The notes beneath the pieces are model-generated. The model searched no databases. It was not told the origin of the DNA and saw nothing but the letters and a program-made list of their open reading frames with translations. Source: Dehalococcoidia bacterium (GTDB taxonomy: Bacteria; Chloroflexota; Dehalococcoidia; Lucifugimonadales; GCA-002694895). Taken from it: a stretch of DNA of 64,000 nt. Made by a program: the position numbers and the translations under genes. Positions 19,889 to 30,093 of this stretch are shown here, piece after piece. Position 1 is the first letter of the stretch; the number at the start of each line of letters is the position of its first letter. The stretch covers positions 4,256-68,255 of the forward strand of contig JAPYRX010000001.1 of assembly GCA_029936815.1 (NCBI GenBank). The letters run 5' to 3'.

Positions 19889-21412
19889 TTAATTAGCAAT
19901 TTCAATAGATCTCAGTTCTCTTATAACCATTACTTTAATTTGGCCGGGATATGTTAGAGTTTTTTCTAACTCAGACACTATTTCTCTAGATAGACTTTGA
20001 GCTTTTACATCATCAATAGTTTCAGGATTTACAAATACTCTTAATTCTCTTCCAGCTTGAATAGCATAGCATTTCTCGACACCATCAAAATTATTAGCAA
20101 TATTTTCTATTTCAGACAATCTCTTAACATAGTTTTCCAAAGAATCGTGCCTTGCTCCAGGCCTTGCTGCACTAATTGCATCAGCGGCAGAAACTATAAA
20201 TCCTTCTACAGATGAATGGATGTCATCGTGATGCTCTGCGATCATTGCACAAACATCTTTATCGATTCCTTGTTTTTTACATAAATCAGCTCCTACCTCA
20301 GCATGTGGTCCCTGTATTTTATGCGTAAGAGCTTTACCAATATCATGTAAAAACCCTCCCATTTTTGCTTTATTTATATCAGCACCAACCTCAGATGCAA
20401 TCAAGGATGCTAGCCATCCAGTCTCAATAGAATGTTGTAAAACATTTTCTCCATAACTATACCTATATTTTAATTCTCCCAATGTTTTAACTATTTCATT
20501 TGGCAACCCTGAAATCCCAAGTTCCAAAACTGCATTCTTTCCTGCTTTGTGAATATTCTCTTGAACCTCAGAATTACTTCTGGAAACTACATCTTCAATT
20601 CTAGAAGGTTGTATTCTTCCGTCTTTCATTAATGTTTCCACAGAAAGTCTAGCGACCTCTCTTCTAACAGGGTCAAACGAGGATAATACTACCATCCCAG
20701 GAGTGTCATCAATTAAAACATCTACACCAGTAGTGGTTTCAATAGCTCTTATGTTTCTTCCTTCGCGGCCAATTAAACGTCCTTTCATATCTTCATCAGG
20801 CAGTGTTACTGAACTAACACTTTTTTCTGATACTACATCTGAAGCAAATCTTTGAATTGAATCAACGATTATTTTTCTTGCTATATCATTACTTTCTAAT
20901 TTGATTTCTTCAACATGATTGATATAACGTCTTTCTATTTCTTCCTTACTTTGTATTTCAGCTTCAGAAATCAATTGATTTTTCGCATCTTCTAGAGATA
21001 AATTTGTTATTATTTCCAATTCGGAAACTTTTTGGGCAGTTATAGAATCTAATTCCATTTCTTTATTTCGAATTTTTTCTTCTAACTTAGAAATGTTCTT
21101 TTCCTTATAATTCAAAGAATCCAATTTACTTCTTAATTCATTATCTTTCTCAGATAATTTTCTCTCAGATTTTTCAATTTCGAATTTTTTAGAATTCAAC
21201 TCCTTTTCTACCTTTGATACTGTATTTAAAGCTTTCTCTTTAGCTTCTACTAATATCTCAGTTTCTTTCCTTAAAGCATTTTCTATAACTAAATTGGCTT
21301 CTGATCTTGCATCTTCCGTCCTCTTATTATTACTGTATACAAGAAAGAGAAACCCTATTGTTCCTAATAACAAACCAATCACTAGAGATATAAATACATG
21401 TATAATATCCAT
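19889..21412 (-). CDS. rny: Ribonuclease Y
   Basis: N-terminal TM segment, a long coiled coil, a KH domain (GRLIGREGRNIRAIE) and an HD domain (GFLHDIGKA, AEHHDD). Confidence 0.95.
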   Translation of the reverse strand: MDIIHVFISLVIGLLLGTIGFLFLVYSNNKRTEDARSEANLVIENALRKETEILVEAKEKALNTVSKVEKELNSKKFEIEKSERKLSEKDNELRSKLDSLNYKEKNISKLEEKIRNKEMELDSITAQKVSELEIITNLSLEDAKNQLISEAEIQSKEEIERRYINHVEEIKLESNDIARKIIVDSIQRFASDVVSEKSVSSVTLPDEDMKGRLIGREGRNIRAIETTTGVDVLIDDTPGMVVLSSFDPVRREVARLSVETLMKDGRIQPSRIEDVVSRSNSEVQENIHKAGKNAVLELGISGLPNEIVKTLGELKYRYSYGENVLQHSIETGWLASLIASEVGADINKAKMGGFLHDIGKALTHKIQGPHAEVGADLCKKQGIDKDVCAMIAEHHDDIHSSVEGFIVSAADAISAARPGARHDSLENYVKRLSEIENIANNFDGVEKCYAIQAGRELRVFVNPETIDDVKAQSLSREIVSELEKTLTYPGQIKVMVIRELRSIEIAN

Positions 21413-21560
21413 ATTCTCACTTGTAATTAGTTAAATTGTTTTTAATTATAATAATAGTATTATTAGACTGATTTATAGTCAAGTTTTTTTTAAAAACTGT
21501 TAAATGATATCAAATGAAATGCAAAAGGCCTATATTTTTATGTGTGAGATTATTAATTCA

Positions 21561-21569
21561 TGTTATAAT
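21561..21569 (+). promoter_or_regulatory. Candidate extended -10 element (TGTTATAAT) for rpsF-ssb-rpsR
   Basis: TGnTATAAT lies about 45 nt upstream of the rpsF ATG in a 199-nt divergent intergenic region. AT-rich DNA makes false positives likely. Confidence 0.3.
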
Positions 21570-21611
21570 TTCCCCTCGTGAAAAATAATTAGAAGGATAT
21601 GATTAAAAATA

Positions 21612-21956
21612 ATGAATAATAATACATACGAAATAGCCCTAGTGGTATCACCTGAATTAAGAACAGAAGAAATTGATTCTACAACCATGCAATTCATAGA
21701 ATTACTAGAAAAAAACGGCTCCAAACATATTCACACAGGTAAAACCAATTCAAAAAAATTATCTTATCCAATAAATAATTTTATAGAAGCAGCTTATGTT
21801 TATATTATATTTGATTCTAATCCTGACTACATAAATTTATATAAAAAATGGGCTTCTGATAACCCTTCAATTTTGAGACATTTGGTAATTAAATTAACTC
21901 AAGGTGAACTGAAGTTCAGAGAAAACAACATATTAAACCAAGCAATGAGTGAATAA
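21612..21956 (+). CDS. rpsF: 30S ribosomal protein S6
   Basis: The YEIALVVSPEL start, about 114 aa length, and the conserved rpsF-ssb-rpsR gene order. Confidence 0.9.
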   Translation: MNNNTYEIALVVSPELRTEEIDSTTMQFIELLEKNGSKHIHTGKTNSKKLSYPINNFIEAAYVYIIFDSNPDYINLYKKWASDNPSILRHLVIKLTQGELKFRENNILNQAMSE

Positions 21957-21959
21957 TAT

Positions 21960-22472
21960 ATGGGAAGGCTAAATAAAGTAATGTTAATAGGAAATGTTGG
22001 GAATATCCCTGAAATGAGATACACTCCTTCGGGACAACAGTTAGCTAGTATTAATCTTGCTGTAGGAAATAAATATACAAACAAAGAAGGAATCGAAATA
22101 GATGATACTCAGTGGTTTAATGTTACAGTTTGGGCACAGAGGGCAGATTTCGTGGTAAATTACGTAAAAAAAGGCATGCAACTATATGTTGAAGGCAGAA
22201 TATCAGGCAGGGCATATCAAACTGACTCAGGAGAAACTCGAGCTTCATTAGATGTTAATGCTTTTGAAGTGCAAATATTCAACGATCCTCAATCTAAGTC
22301 AAACGCAAGCAACCAAAATGATACTCAACAATCTTCTCCACCAAATTTACAACAACCAGAATCTAATCCTATTCAACCACAACCTAACGTACAACAGCAA
22401 AATAATACAAATCCCACAAACCATAACGAAGAATCCGGAAGTACTAAAAACGATGACGAACTTCCCTGGTAA
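21960..22472 (+). CDS. ssb: Single-stranded DNA-binding protein
   Basis: The OB-fold N-terminus LNKVMLIGNVGNIPEMRYTPSG, a Q/N/P-rich linker and the acidic tip DDELPW. Confidence 0.95.
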   Translation: MGRLNKVMLIGNVGNIPEMRYTPSGQQLASINLAVGNKYTNKEGIEIDDTQWFNVTVWAQRADFVVNYVKKGMQLYVEGRISGRAYQTDSGETRASLDVNAFEVQIFNDPQSKSNASNQNDTQQSSPPNLQQPESNPIQPQPNVQQQNNTNPTNHNEESGSTKNDDELPW

Positions 22473-22504
22473 CAATTTTCACAAATAAAATAACGAGGTA
22501 AAAT

Positions 22505-22840
22505 TTGACAGAAGAAAAAAATATTCAAAAACCAACACAAGTAGAATCTAAGCCTAACATTCCAAAACCAAATATGGCGTTGAAAAATTTCAAGTTTAAC
22601 CCACGTAGAAACAAAATATGTTTTTTTACAGAACAAGATATTACTCCAGATTACAGAGACACAAATGTTATCAGTAAATTTTTATCCCCAAGTAAGCACA
22701 TGATAAGTGCCAGGAAAACTGGAACCACAGCAAAAAACCAAAGATTATTAAGTACTGCTATAAAAAGAGCGAGATATCTTGGGCTTCTACCATATACCAT
22801 CAATCATAAAGGATTGAATGGAAATTGGATGACTAATTAA
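22505..22840 (+). CDS. rpsR: 30S ribosomal protein S18 (with N-terminal extension)
   Basis: The core DYRDTNVISKFLSPSKHMISARKTGTTAKNQRLLSTAIKRARYLGLLPY. The start codon is TTG. Confidence 0.9.
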   Translation: MTEEKNIQKPTQVESKPNIPKPNMALKNFKFNPRRNKICFFTEQDITPDYRDTNVISKFLSPSKHMISARKTGTTAKNQRLLSTAIKRARYLGLLPYTINHKGLNGNWMTN

Positions 22841-22871
22841 TTCTTGATTTATATAAATAAATTAAAGATTA

Positions 22872-23969
22872 ATGTCAAATTCTAATAAGCAAACAAATCA
22901 ATATACTGATAAAAGACACAGAGTAGCTCAAGATCCTTCTATTAAGAAAAGGAACAGAATTCTGTTTATTGGAATATTAACTATATCAATAATTTTTACC
23001 ATCATTCTATCTACAGGTTATATATTAAGATATGTTATTCCTCAGGAAAAAGTAATTGTCGAAATTGGAGAATCGAAATACAAAAGAGCTGATATGTTAA
23101 AGATGCTTAGAGTAAAGCAAAAAAATGCAGAAATGATTGGCTCTACAATCAAAAGTAGTGAAGAGATCTTTAAAGCCCTCCAAAATATGATTGAAAATGA
23201 AATTATTGATCAGGTAGCACCAAGTATAGGAATATCCGTTACTGAAGGACAAGTAGATATATATGTTCGTGATGTTTTTATGCCAACATACAATTCCGAC
23301 GAATCTCCTGACCCAGTCCAAATAGAAAGAGAATTTAGAGAAATTTTCAATAATTATCTCAATTCTGTTGGGCTTACAGAAGAAGAATACAAAAAGTTTA
23401 CTCGATGGAGTATGCTAAGAGAGCAAATGAGACAATTTATAGGAGAATCCGTACCTACTGTAGCTGCACAAGTCTATCTACATAGACTAATGGTAATGCC
23501 CGACGATGAAATTGATATAATGAAAAAAAAGTTTAATGACGGGATACCATTTAAATATATAGTCAGAGAATTCTCTAAAGATAATGAGGAAGTAATTCGA
23601 AGAGGAGGAGAAATAGGATGGGTTCCACAAGGAATTTTCCCCGAATATGACTATATTATATTTGATTTAGAGCCAAACCTTCTAAGTATCGAATCGCAAA
23701 GTATAGAAACTCCTCCATTATTATATTTCTTTATGATTTCAGAAAAAGATCCTGCCAGAAAAATTGCTCTCGAGGAACTAGAACAACTAAAGACAAAGGC
23801 TTTAAATGATTGGCTCAATACTAAAAGAAAAGAATTTAATGTCAAAGCTACATTTAATTCCGAAGTACATTCTTGGCTATCCAAACAATTGCAAGTGTCA
23901 TCACTAGAAAAACCAAAAGAAAAACAATCTCGATTACAAGAATTGGGAATATTACAAGGAAAAAAATAA
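22872..23969 (+). CDS. Membrane-anchored parvulin-type peptidyl-prolyl isomerase (PrsA/SurA-like)
   Basis: One N-terminal TM segment. The C-terminal PpiC-like segment is FSKDNEEVIRRGGEIGWVPQG. Confidence 0.6.
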   Translation: MSNSNKQTNQYTDKRHRVAQDPSIKKRNRILFIGILTISIIFTIILSTGYILRYVIPQEKVIVEIGESKYKRADMLKMLRVKQKNAEMIGSTIKSSEEIFKALQNMIENEIIDQVAPSIGISVTEGQVDIYVRDVFMPTYNSDESPDPVQIEREFREIFNNYLNSVGLTEEEYKKFTRWSMLREQMRQFIGESVPTVAAQVYLHRLMVMPDDEIDIMKKKFNDGIPFKYIVREFSKDNEEVIRRGGEIGWVPQGIFPEYDYIIFDLEPNLLSIESQSIETPPLLYFFMISEKDPARKIALEELEQLKTKALNDWLNTKRKEFNVKATFNSEVHSWLSKQLQVSSLEKPKEKQSRLQELGILQGKK

Positions 23970-23971
23970 TA

Positions 23972-25258
23972 ATGACAAAAAATATTGAAATTGCAATCCT
24001 TGGATTAGGAAATATAGGAAGTGAGTTTTTTGAAATATTACAAAACAACTTGCCTGAAATAGAAAAAGTATCAGATACTAAAATCCAAATTTCTAAAATT
24101 TTAGTATCTGATATTAACAAGAGTAGAAATCTCGAAATTGATAATAATATTATTACTGATGATCCTGAAGAAATTTTCAATAATACTAATATAGACATTG
24201 TTATTGAATTAATGGGAGGAATTAACCCGGCATATTCTTATGTTCTAAAATGTATAGAATCAAACAAATCTGTAATAACTGCCAATAAAGATCTTATAGC
24301 TAATCACGGCAAAGAGTTGTTTTCAAAGGCCAAATCAAATAATGTCTCTATTTTATTTGAAGCTGCAGTCGCTTCCGGAACTCCAATCATTTCTACACTA
24401 ACAAGAGATTTATCATATTCAAATATTACCTCAATTAGGGCGATAATAAATGGAACAAGTAATTTTATTCTTTCCGAAATGGAAGAAAAAAACTCTGAAT
24501 TTAATGATGCTTTAAAATTAGCGAAAGACTTAGGATACGCTGAACCGGATCCAACAAATGATATCGAAGGATTTGATGCGAGATATAAACTGGCAATCTT
24601 GTCGTCGTTATCATTCAATACAGAAATTGATTTCAACGATCTTTATGTAGAAGGAATCACGAATATTGATTCTATAGATTTTCAATATGCAAAAGAACTT
24701 GGATATTCAATTAAATTATTAGCCATTGCAGAAAAGAATGAGCAAAATATCTTGGCAAGAGTACACCCAGTAATGATCGAATTAAATTCTCCTTTGGCAA
24801 AAATATCAGGAGCCATGAATGCTGTAGAAATAAAAGAATCAATGTTAGGGACTCTAATAATTCAAGGGCCGGGTGCTGGAGCATCGCCAACATCTTCAGG
24901 ATTACTTAGTGATTTTATAAGTCTATTAAAAAATAAAAGCAACCTATCCGAAAATATCCCAACCCTTAATAAAAAATTCAATATAGTTAAAATAGAAAAC
25001 CTGGAATCAAGGTTTTATTTAAGATTTATAGTAGCAGATCAAGCGGGTGTTTTATCAAAAATGTCAAACATTTTGGGTGAGGAAAACATATCAATAGCTT
25101 CAGTAATACAAAAAGAAAATATTAACTTAGATAAAAAATGGGCTGAATTAGTATTCATGACTCATAAATCTACCCAATCATCTATAAATCAAGCACTGAA
25201 AAAAATAAATGGGCTATCAATAGTAAAAGAACTAAAAAGTTTAATTAGAGTGGAATAA
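23972..25258 (+). CDS. hom: Homoserine dehydrogenase
   Basis: The start is taken at the ATG at 23972 (MTKNIEIAILGLGNIGSEF, a Rossmann motif) rather than the track start 23873, which overlaps the upstream gene. It also has an LGYAEPDPTNDIEGFDA motif and a C-terminal ACT domain. Confidence 0.93.
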   Translation: MTKNIEIAILGLGNIGSEFFEILQNNLPEIEKVSDTKIQISKILVSDINKSRNLEIDNNIITDDPEEIFNNTNIDIVIELMGGINPAYSYVLKCIESNKSVITANKDLIANHGKELFSKAKSNNVSILFEAAVASGTPIISTLTRDLSYSNITSIRAIINGTSNFILSEMEEKNSEFNDALKLAKDLGYAEPDPTNDIEGFDARYKLAILSSLSFNTEIDFNDLYVEGITNIDSIDFQYAKELGYSIKLLAIAEKNEQNILARVHPVMIELNSPLAKISGAMNAVEIKESMLGTLIIQGPGAGASPTSSGLLSDFISLLKNKSNLSENIPTLNKKFNIVKIENLESRFYLRFIVADQAGVLSKMSNILGEENISIASVIQKENINLDKKWAELVFMTHKSTQSSINQALKKINGLSIVKELKSLIRVE

Positions 25259-25278
25259 AAAAAATCAAAGAAGGTGTC

Positions 25279-25851
25279 TTATTTTTCTTCTTCTTGTGTC
25301 TTAGTATCAGAAAGATTAAGTGAATCAATTCCTCTTCTTACTTGCCCTAAAATCTCTGCCAATCTTTCTTCAAGATCAAATAGAACTTCTTTAGAATAGT
25401 TATCAGCACCTTCTTTCTTAGAAAAAACCTGCTGATCTGAAGAATTGATAATATTTTCAGCTTTTTTTTCAGCTCTTTTAATAATATCTTCAGCTTCATT
25501 TTTACTTTTTTGAATAATTGCTTCAGTTTTTTTATTTGCTTCTACAGTAATAGATGATTCTTCAACTAATTCTTCATATTCTTTTTGGCTTTTAGAACTA
25601 ATATCTGAAGATTCTCTATTAGCAGAATCAACAATTCTTTGAGATTCCATGTTTGCCTGTGCAAGTATACTATTCTTTTGATTTATAATCTCTTTTGCTT
25701 CTTGTATATCTTGAGGTACCAAGTCAGAAACTTGATTAACAAATTCATCTAAGCGAGATTTATCTAACATCACTTTATTTCCAAATCCCGGAACTTTAAC
25801 TCCAGTTTTTATCAAATCACTAATTTTTTGTAACAAATCATCGTTAAGCAT
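25279..25851 (-). CDS. Coiled-coil protein of unknown function (ATPase b/G-subunit-like heptad region)
   Basis: 190 aa, charged and helical, with a conserved-looking N-terminus LLQKISDLIKTGVKVPGFGNKVMLD. It is the last gene of the rsmD-coaD operon. Confidence 0.4.
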   Translation of the reverse strand: MLNDDLLQKISDLIKTGVKVPGFGNKVMLDKSRLDEFVNQVSDLVPQDIQEAKEIINQKNSILAQANMESQRIVDSANRESSDISSKSQKEYEELVEESSITVEANKKTEAIIQKSKNEAEDIIKRAEKKAENIINSSDQQVFSKKEGADNYSKEVLFDLEERLAEILGQVRRGIDSLNLSDTKTQEEEK

Positions 25852-25872
25852 TTTAAACTCCTTAGAAATATA

Positions 25873-26349
25873 TTACTTGAATTTTAAACTTAATGCATCA
25901 ATAACATTATTAGGAGCAAGGCCTGAAATATTACCTCCAAGCCTTGCTACTTCCTTTATTCTACTTGAAGAAACAAATTGAAATTCTAGAGAACTCATTA
26001 AACATACAACATCAATATCACTTTGTAATTTTTTCCACATAAGAGCCATTTCAAATTCCAATTCAAAATCAAATCCTGCTCGCAATCCTCTCAAAATAAA
26101 TTCTGCTTTTTGATTTTTCGCAAATTCTACGGCTAATCCTGAAAAAACCACAACATCAACGTTCTTAATTTTATTACTCAATGAGTCTATTAGCAAATCT
26201 ACCCTTTCATCAGGTGAAAAAAGAACATTTTTGTTCGGTTCTGAATAAACAGCAACTGTTAAATGATCAAATAATTTAGACGCTCTTAATATGAGATCTA
26301 AATGCCCATTGTGAACAGGGTCAAAGGTTCCTGGATATATTCCTTTCAT
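25873..26349 (-). CDS. coaD: Phosphopantetheine adenylyltransferase
   Basis: The GIYPGTFDPVHNGHLDLI motif, the SSSRIKE motif and 158 aa length. Confidence 0.96.
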   Translation of the reverse strand: MKGIYPGTFDPVHNGHLDLILRASKLFDHLTVAVYSEPNKNVLFSPDERVDLLIDSLSNKIKNVDVVVFSGLAVEFAKNQKAEFILRGLRAGFDFELEFEMALMWKKLQSDIDVVCLMSSLEFQFVSSSRIKEVARLGGNISGLAPNNVIDALSLKFK

Positions 26350-26915
26350 TATTCACCGCTCTTTTTTAAAAATATAATTTTAGTATCGCCTTTTGATCTC
26401 TCATAATAATCATACAACCTATTGTTATAGATAAAATCAAAAGATTTATTTCTCATTTCAAAAATTATAACTCCATTATTATTCAAAATTTGCTTAAATT
26501 CAATTTGTTCTAATATTTTATTATATTCTTTTGAATTATACGGAGGGTCAATAAATATGTGTGATCCATTGATTTGAGTGTTATTTAGAATAGACATCAC
26601 GGATTTGCAAATAACCTGTGATCTATTAGTCATATTTAATTTATCTAAATTTTCAGATATCTTTCTACACAAAGTCCTATTTCTTTCTACAAAAATAGCT
26701 TTTTTAGCTCCTCTACTTAAAGCTTCTAATCCCATAATTCCAGTTCCAGAATATAAATCAATAAATGTTGATTCTTCATTTATGCTTTGAATTCTGGAAT
26801 CTAACATAGAAAATATCGCGAGCCTCACAGATTCCATTGTAGGTCGCAGATCAGATGACTTGCCATATGTCATCCTAGAGCCTTTTAATATTCCTGCAGA
26901 AATCCTAATATTCAT
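26349..26915 (-). CDS. rsmD: 16S rRNA (guanine966-N2)-methyltransferase RsmD
   Basis: LRPTMESVRLAIFSML, DLYSGTG and IFIDPPY motifs. It overlaps the coaD start by 1 nt. Confidence 0.88.
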   Translation of the reverse strand: MNIRISAGILKGSRMTYGKSSDLRPTMESVRLAIFSMLDSRIQSINEESTFIDLYSGTGIMGLEALSRGAKKAIFVERNRTLCRKISENLDKLNMTNRSQVICKSVMSILNNTQINGSHIFIDPPYNSKEYNKILEQIEFKQILNNNGVIIFEMRNKSFDFIYNNRLYDYYERSKGDTKIIFLKKSGE

Positions 26916-27057
26916 TATTTAATCTTAATTTAAAGATATTAAATCATTCATTGATACAAAATAATATATAAAGATCGTTCATTTTTTTAATTTTTTATAT
27001 AACAAAAATCATTCTTTAATCTACAATATATTTATTAATAAATCTGGAAAAAAGAAA

Positions 27058-27792
27058 ATGGAAAATATCACTAGCGAAATACAAAATATTAAATCCGGAA
27101 TGGTAGTAACAGCTCATCCGGACGATGCAGAATACGGATGTTCTGGCACAGTAGCAAAGCTTTCTAATTCAGGAGCAGAAATGGTTTATGTTTTATGCAC
27201 AGATGGAAGTAAAGGTACTGAAGATAAAAACTTAAGTCCTTCTGAACTTGCTGGAATCAGAAAAAACGAACAATTAAACGCAGGCAAAGTATTAGGGTTA
27301 AAAGATGTAGCTTTTCTAGGATATCCAGATGCATACTTAACACCTTCTCTCGATGTAAGAAAAGATATAGCAAGACAAATAAGAATTCATAAACCTGAAA
27401 TTTTAATATGCCAGTACCCATTAAGAAATCTAGATGGCACATGGGGGTTTGGGCATCCTGATCATATAGCAGCAGGAGAAGCCGCAATGGCAGCAGTCTT
27501 CCCTACAGCAAGAGATCACAAAACATTCCCTGAATTATATGACGAAGAAAAACTTGAGCCCCATAAAGTTGAAGAGGTATGGATCATGGGACATCCTGAT
27601 CCAGATATTATTATAGATATCACTGATACTATGGATCAATCTATCGATGCTCTTTATAGCCATGTATCTCAGATGGGAGGACGGACAAAAGCTGAAGTAA
27701 AAGAAAGAATAGGGGAATGGAGAAAAAACAGAGGTAGAGAAGAAGGCATGACATATGCCGACACATATAAAAGAATTTCCCTTAGAAGATAA
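27058..27792 (+). CDS. PIG-L/LmbE-family N-acetylglucosaminyl deacetylase
   Basis: VVTAHPDDAEYGCSGT and GHPDH zinc-binding motifs, 244 aa. Confidence 0.85.
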   Translation: MENITSEIQNIKSGMVVTAHPDDAEYGCSGTVAKLSNSGAEMVYVLCTDGSKGTEDKNLSPSELAGIRKNEQLNAGKVLGLKDVAFLGYPDAYLTPSLDVRKDIARQIRIHKPEILICQYPLRNLDGTWGFGHPDHIAAGEAAMAAVFPTARDHKTFPELYDEEKLEPHKVEEVWIMGHPDPDIIIDITDTMDQSIDALYSHVSQMGGRTKAEVKERIGEWRKNRGREEGMTYADTYKRISLRR

Positions 27793-27856
27793 TTATTTGC
27801 AAATAACTAAAATCTAAACTAGTCTATTACTAAACAAATCATAAGGACAGGTTAAT

Positions 27857-28744
27857 ATGGAATTTGAAGGCGTATATCCAGCAATAATCACACCTCTAAA
27901 TACTGAGAATAAATTCAAGGAAAAAGAATTCAGAAAAGTTGTTGAATTTAATATAAATTCTGGAGCTAATGGATTTTGGGTTTCAGGTGGTACAGGTGAA
28001 AGTATTTATATTTCTCCAAATGAAATAAAAAATGTTATCAAATCTGCTGTTGATCAAACCCAAGACAGAGCCAAAATCATTGCACATGTCGGTTCTATTA
28101 CAACAAAAGAATCTCAAATATTAGCAGAATCAGCTGCCAATTCTGGAGCAAATGCAATATGTGCTGTCCCTCCATTTTTTTACCCTCCCAATTTGCAGAC
28201 TATAATAAAACATTACAAAGCAATATCTGAAGCATCTGGCAATCTACCTTTTTTTGTCTATAATTTACCTCAATCTACCGGCACAGAAATAACTCCATTA
28301 ATGATGAGTGAAATCAAATCTGAAATCCCTAATACAGCAGGATTAAAGCATTCTGGTCCAAAATTCACTGATATGACAGGCTTTATAAATTTAAATCTTT
28401 CTTGTTTTATTGGTAATGCAAATCTTATGTTACCAGCATTAACATTGGGTGCGTCAGGATGTATAGACGGACCTTTAAATGCAGCACCTGAATTATGGGC
28501 AAATATCTGGAATGCATTTAAAAAAAATAATTTACTCGAAGCTATGGAAGCTCAAGAAAAAGCTATAAAATTTTCTAACGTAATAAGAGATTTTGACATG
28601 CACTCTTCTATTAAAGAAATAATCTCTTATAGATTGAAAATTGATTGTGGAAGCCCAGTTTTACCCCTACCTCAATTAACCAAAAGTGAAAAATCAGAAT
28701 TAATTTCTGAAGTAAAACAAATGAATATTATTGATATAAGTTAA
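27857..28744 (+). CDS. DapA/NanA-family class I aldolase (dihydrodipicolinate synthase family)
   Basis: GGTGESIYIS, FVYNLP (Tyr) and GLKHSG (Schiff-base Lys) motifs. Substrate is not assignable by eye. Confidence 0.75.
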   Translation: MEFEGVYPAIITPLNTENKFKEKEFRKVVEFNINSGANGFWVSGGTGESIYISPNEIKNVIKSAVDQTQDRAKIIAHVGSITTKESQILAESAANSGANAICAVPPFFYPPNLQTIIKHYKAISEASGNLPFFVYNLPQSTGTEITPLMMSEIKSEIPNTAGLKHSGPKFTDMTGFINLNLSCFIGNANLMLPALTLGASGCIDGPLNAAPELWANIWNAFKKNNLLEAMEAQEKAIKFSNVIRDFDMHSSIKEIISYRLKIDCGSPVLPLPQLTKSEKSELISEVKQMNIIDIS

Positions 28745-28755
28745 GAGAGCTAATT

Positions 28756-29532
28756 TTGTACGAAATAAATTTGAATACTAAAACAGCTTTAATTTTTGGA
28801 TTCTCGAACCATAGAAGTATAGCATGGCATACTGCAAATAAATTATATCTTGCAGGTGCAACAATAATTTTTTCTGTGTATGGAGAAAAAATGAAAAAAA
28901 ATCTTTTGAAAACTACAGCAGATTGGAATTATACTCCTGAAATCATCGAGTGCGATGTTTCTAGCGATGATGACATACATTCATTGTTCACAAAAATTGA
29001 AAAATCAAATCAAAAAATTGATATGTTAGTTCACAGTATCGCTATGGCTGATAAAAACGAATTAGGCGGAGACTACCTGTCTTTGAGTAGAGAAGGATTC
29101 AAACTAGCGATGGATATCAGTGCTTATTCATTTGTTGCTTTGTGCAATGGTGCAAGGAATATAATGAACAATGATTCAAGTATAATTACTTATACTTTTC
29201 AAGCATCAGAAAAAGTATTTCCTGGATACAATGTAATGGGAACTGCTAAAGCTGCTCTAGAGCATGAAGTTCGCCAAATAGCATTTACATTAGGAGAATC
29301 TAATATAAGAGTTAATGCAATATCTGCAGGTCCTTTAGATACAATATCGTCTAGAGTTATCCAAGGCTATAAAAATATGAAAAGTGCTGCATCAGAAAGA
29401 TCTCCGCTGAAGCGAAATATTACATTGGAAGAAGTTGCAAATTCAGCTTTATTTTTACTTTCAGATATGAGTAGTGGAATCACAGGAGAAACATTGCATG
29501 TTGATTCAGGATATAACATAATGGGAATCTGA
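28756..29532 (+). CDS. fabI: Enoyl-[acyl-carrier-protein] reductase (NADH) FabI
   Basis: SIAW, VHSIA, YNVMGTAKAALE (Y-x6-K) and AISAGP motifs. The start codon is TTG. Confidence 0.85.
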   Translation: MYEINLNTKTALIFGFSNHRSIAWHTANKLYLAGATIIFSVYGEKMKKNLLKTTADWNYTPEIIECDVSSDDDIHSLFTKIEKSNQKIDMLVHSIAMADKNELGGDYLSLSREGFKLAMDISAYSFVALCNGARNIMNNDSSIITYTFQASEKVFPGYNVMGTAKAALEHEVRQIAFTLGESNIRVNAISAGPLDTISSRVIQGYKNMKSAASERSPLKRNITLEEVANSALFLLSDMSSGITGETLHVDSGYNIMGI

Positions 29533-29583
29533 TTTATTAATTGCTATACTAAAAATATCAAATTAAAGGTCATAATTAGCAAC

Positions 29584-30093
29584 ATGGACAAATGGGTAAA
29601 AATAATAATAGATTCTTTAAAAGAACATAATATTTCTATTATAAGTTATGTTCCAGACATCAGTATTGATAAAGTCACAAAAGAAATTGAATCAGACCCC
29701 TACTTCAAAGTAATTCCTGCAAGTAGAGAAGAAGAATGTATTGGAATAGCATCTGGATCTTATGTCTCAGGAGTAAATTCAGCGATTTTTATGCAATCTA
29801 GTGGATTTGGTAATTGTATTAATGCATTAACAAGCTTAAATCTTCCTGCACGAATCCCAATTCCCATATTTATTAACCTAAGAGGAGAAATAGGGGAATT
29901 TAATATAGCGCAAGTAACGATGGGAAGATCTACCAAACCTATTTTAAATGTTTTAAACATTCCGCATGTCACTCTTAATAATTATATAAACTTAGAAAAA
30001 AAAGTGTCCGGGAATATTACGCTTTGTTATGCTTCTAAAATTCCTTTGGCTATATGTATATCTCCCCTTTTACATGGAGGTAAAATTGCTTAG
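29584..30093 (+). CDS. comD: TPP-dependent sulfopyruvate/phosphonopyruvate decarboxylase family, alpha subunit (ComD-like)
   Basis: The REEECIGIASGSY..G...AIFMQSSGFGNCINALTSL....IPIPIFINLRGEIGEFNIAQVTMGRST pattern matches ComD as I recall it. Confidence 0.7.
   Translation: MDKWVKIIIDSLKEHNISIISYVPDISIDKVTKEIESDPYFKVIPASREEECIGIASGSYVSGVNSAIFMQSSGFGNCINALTSLNLPARIPIPIFINLRGEIGEFNIAQVTMGRSTKPILNVLNIPHVTLNNYINLEKKVSGNITLCYASKIPLAICISPLLHGGKIA

Noticed and set aside
22252-22636. Track ORFs overlapping the ssb tail and the rpsR start
   Set aside because: They are alternative or antisense frames over the low-complexity Q/N/P-rich SSB linker. The conserved rpsF-ssb-rpsR order explains the region.
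23873-23971. Long N-terminal extension of hom suggested by the ORF track
   Set aside because: It overlaps the 3' end of the upstream PPIase gene in another frame. The Rossmann motif follows the ATG at 23972, immediately after the upstream stop.
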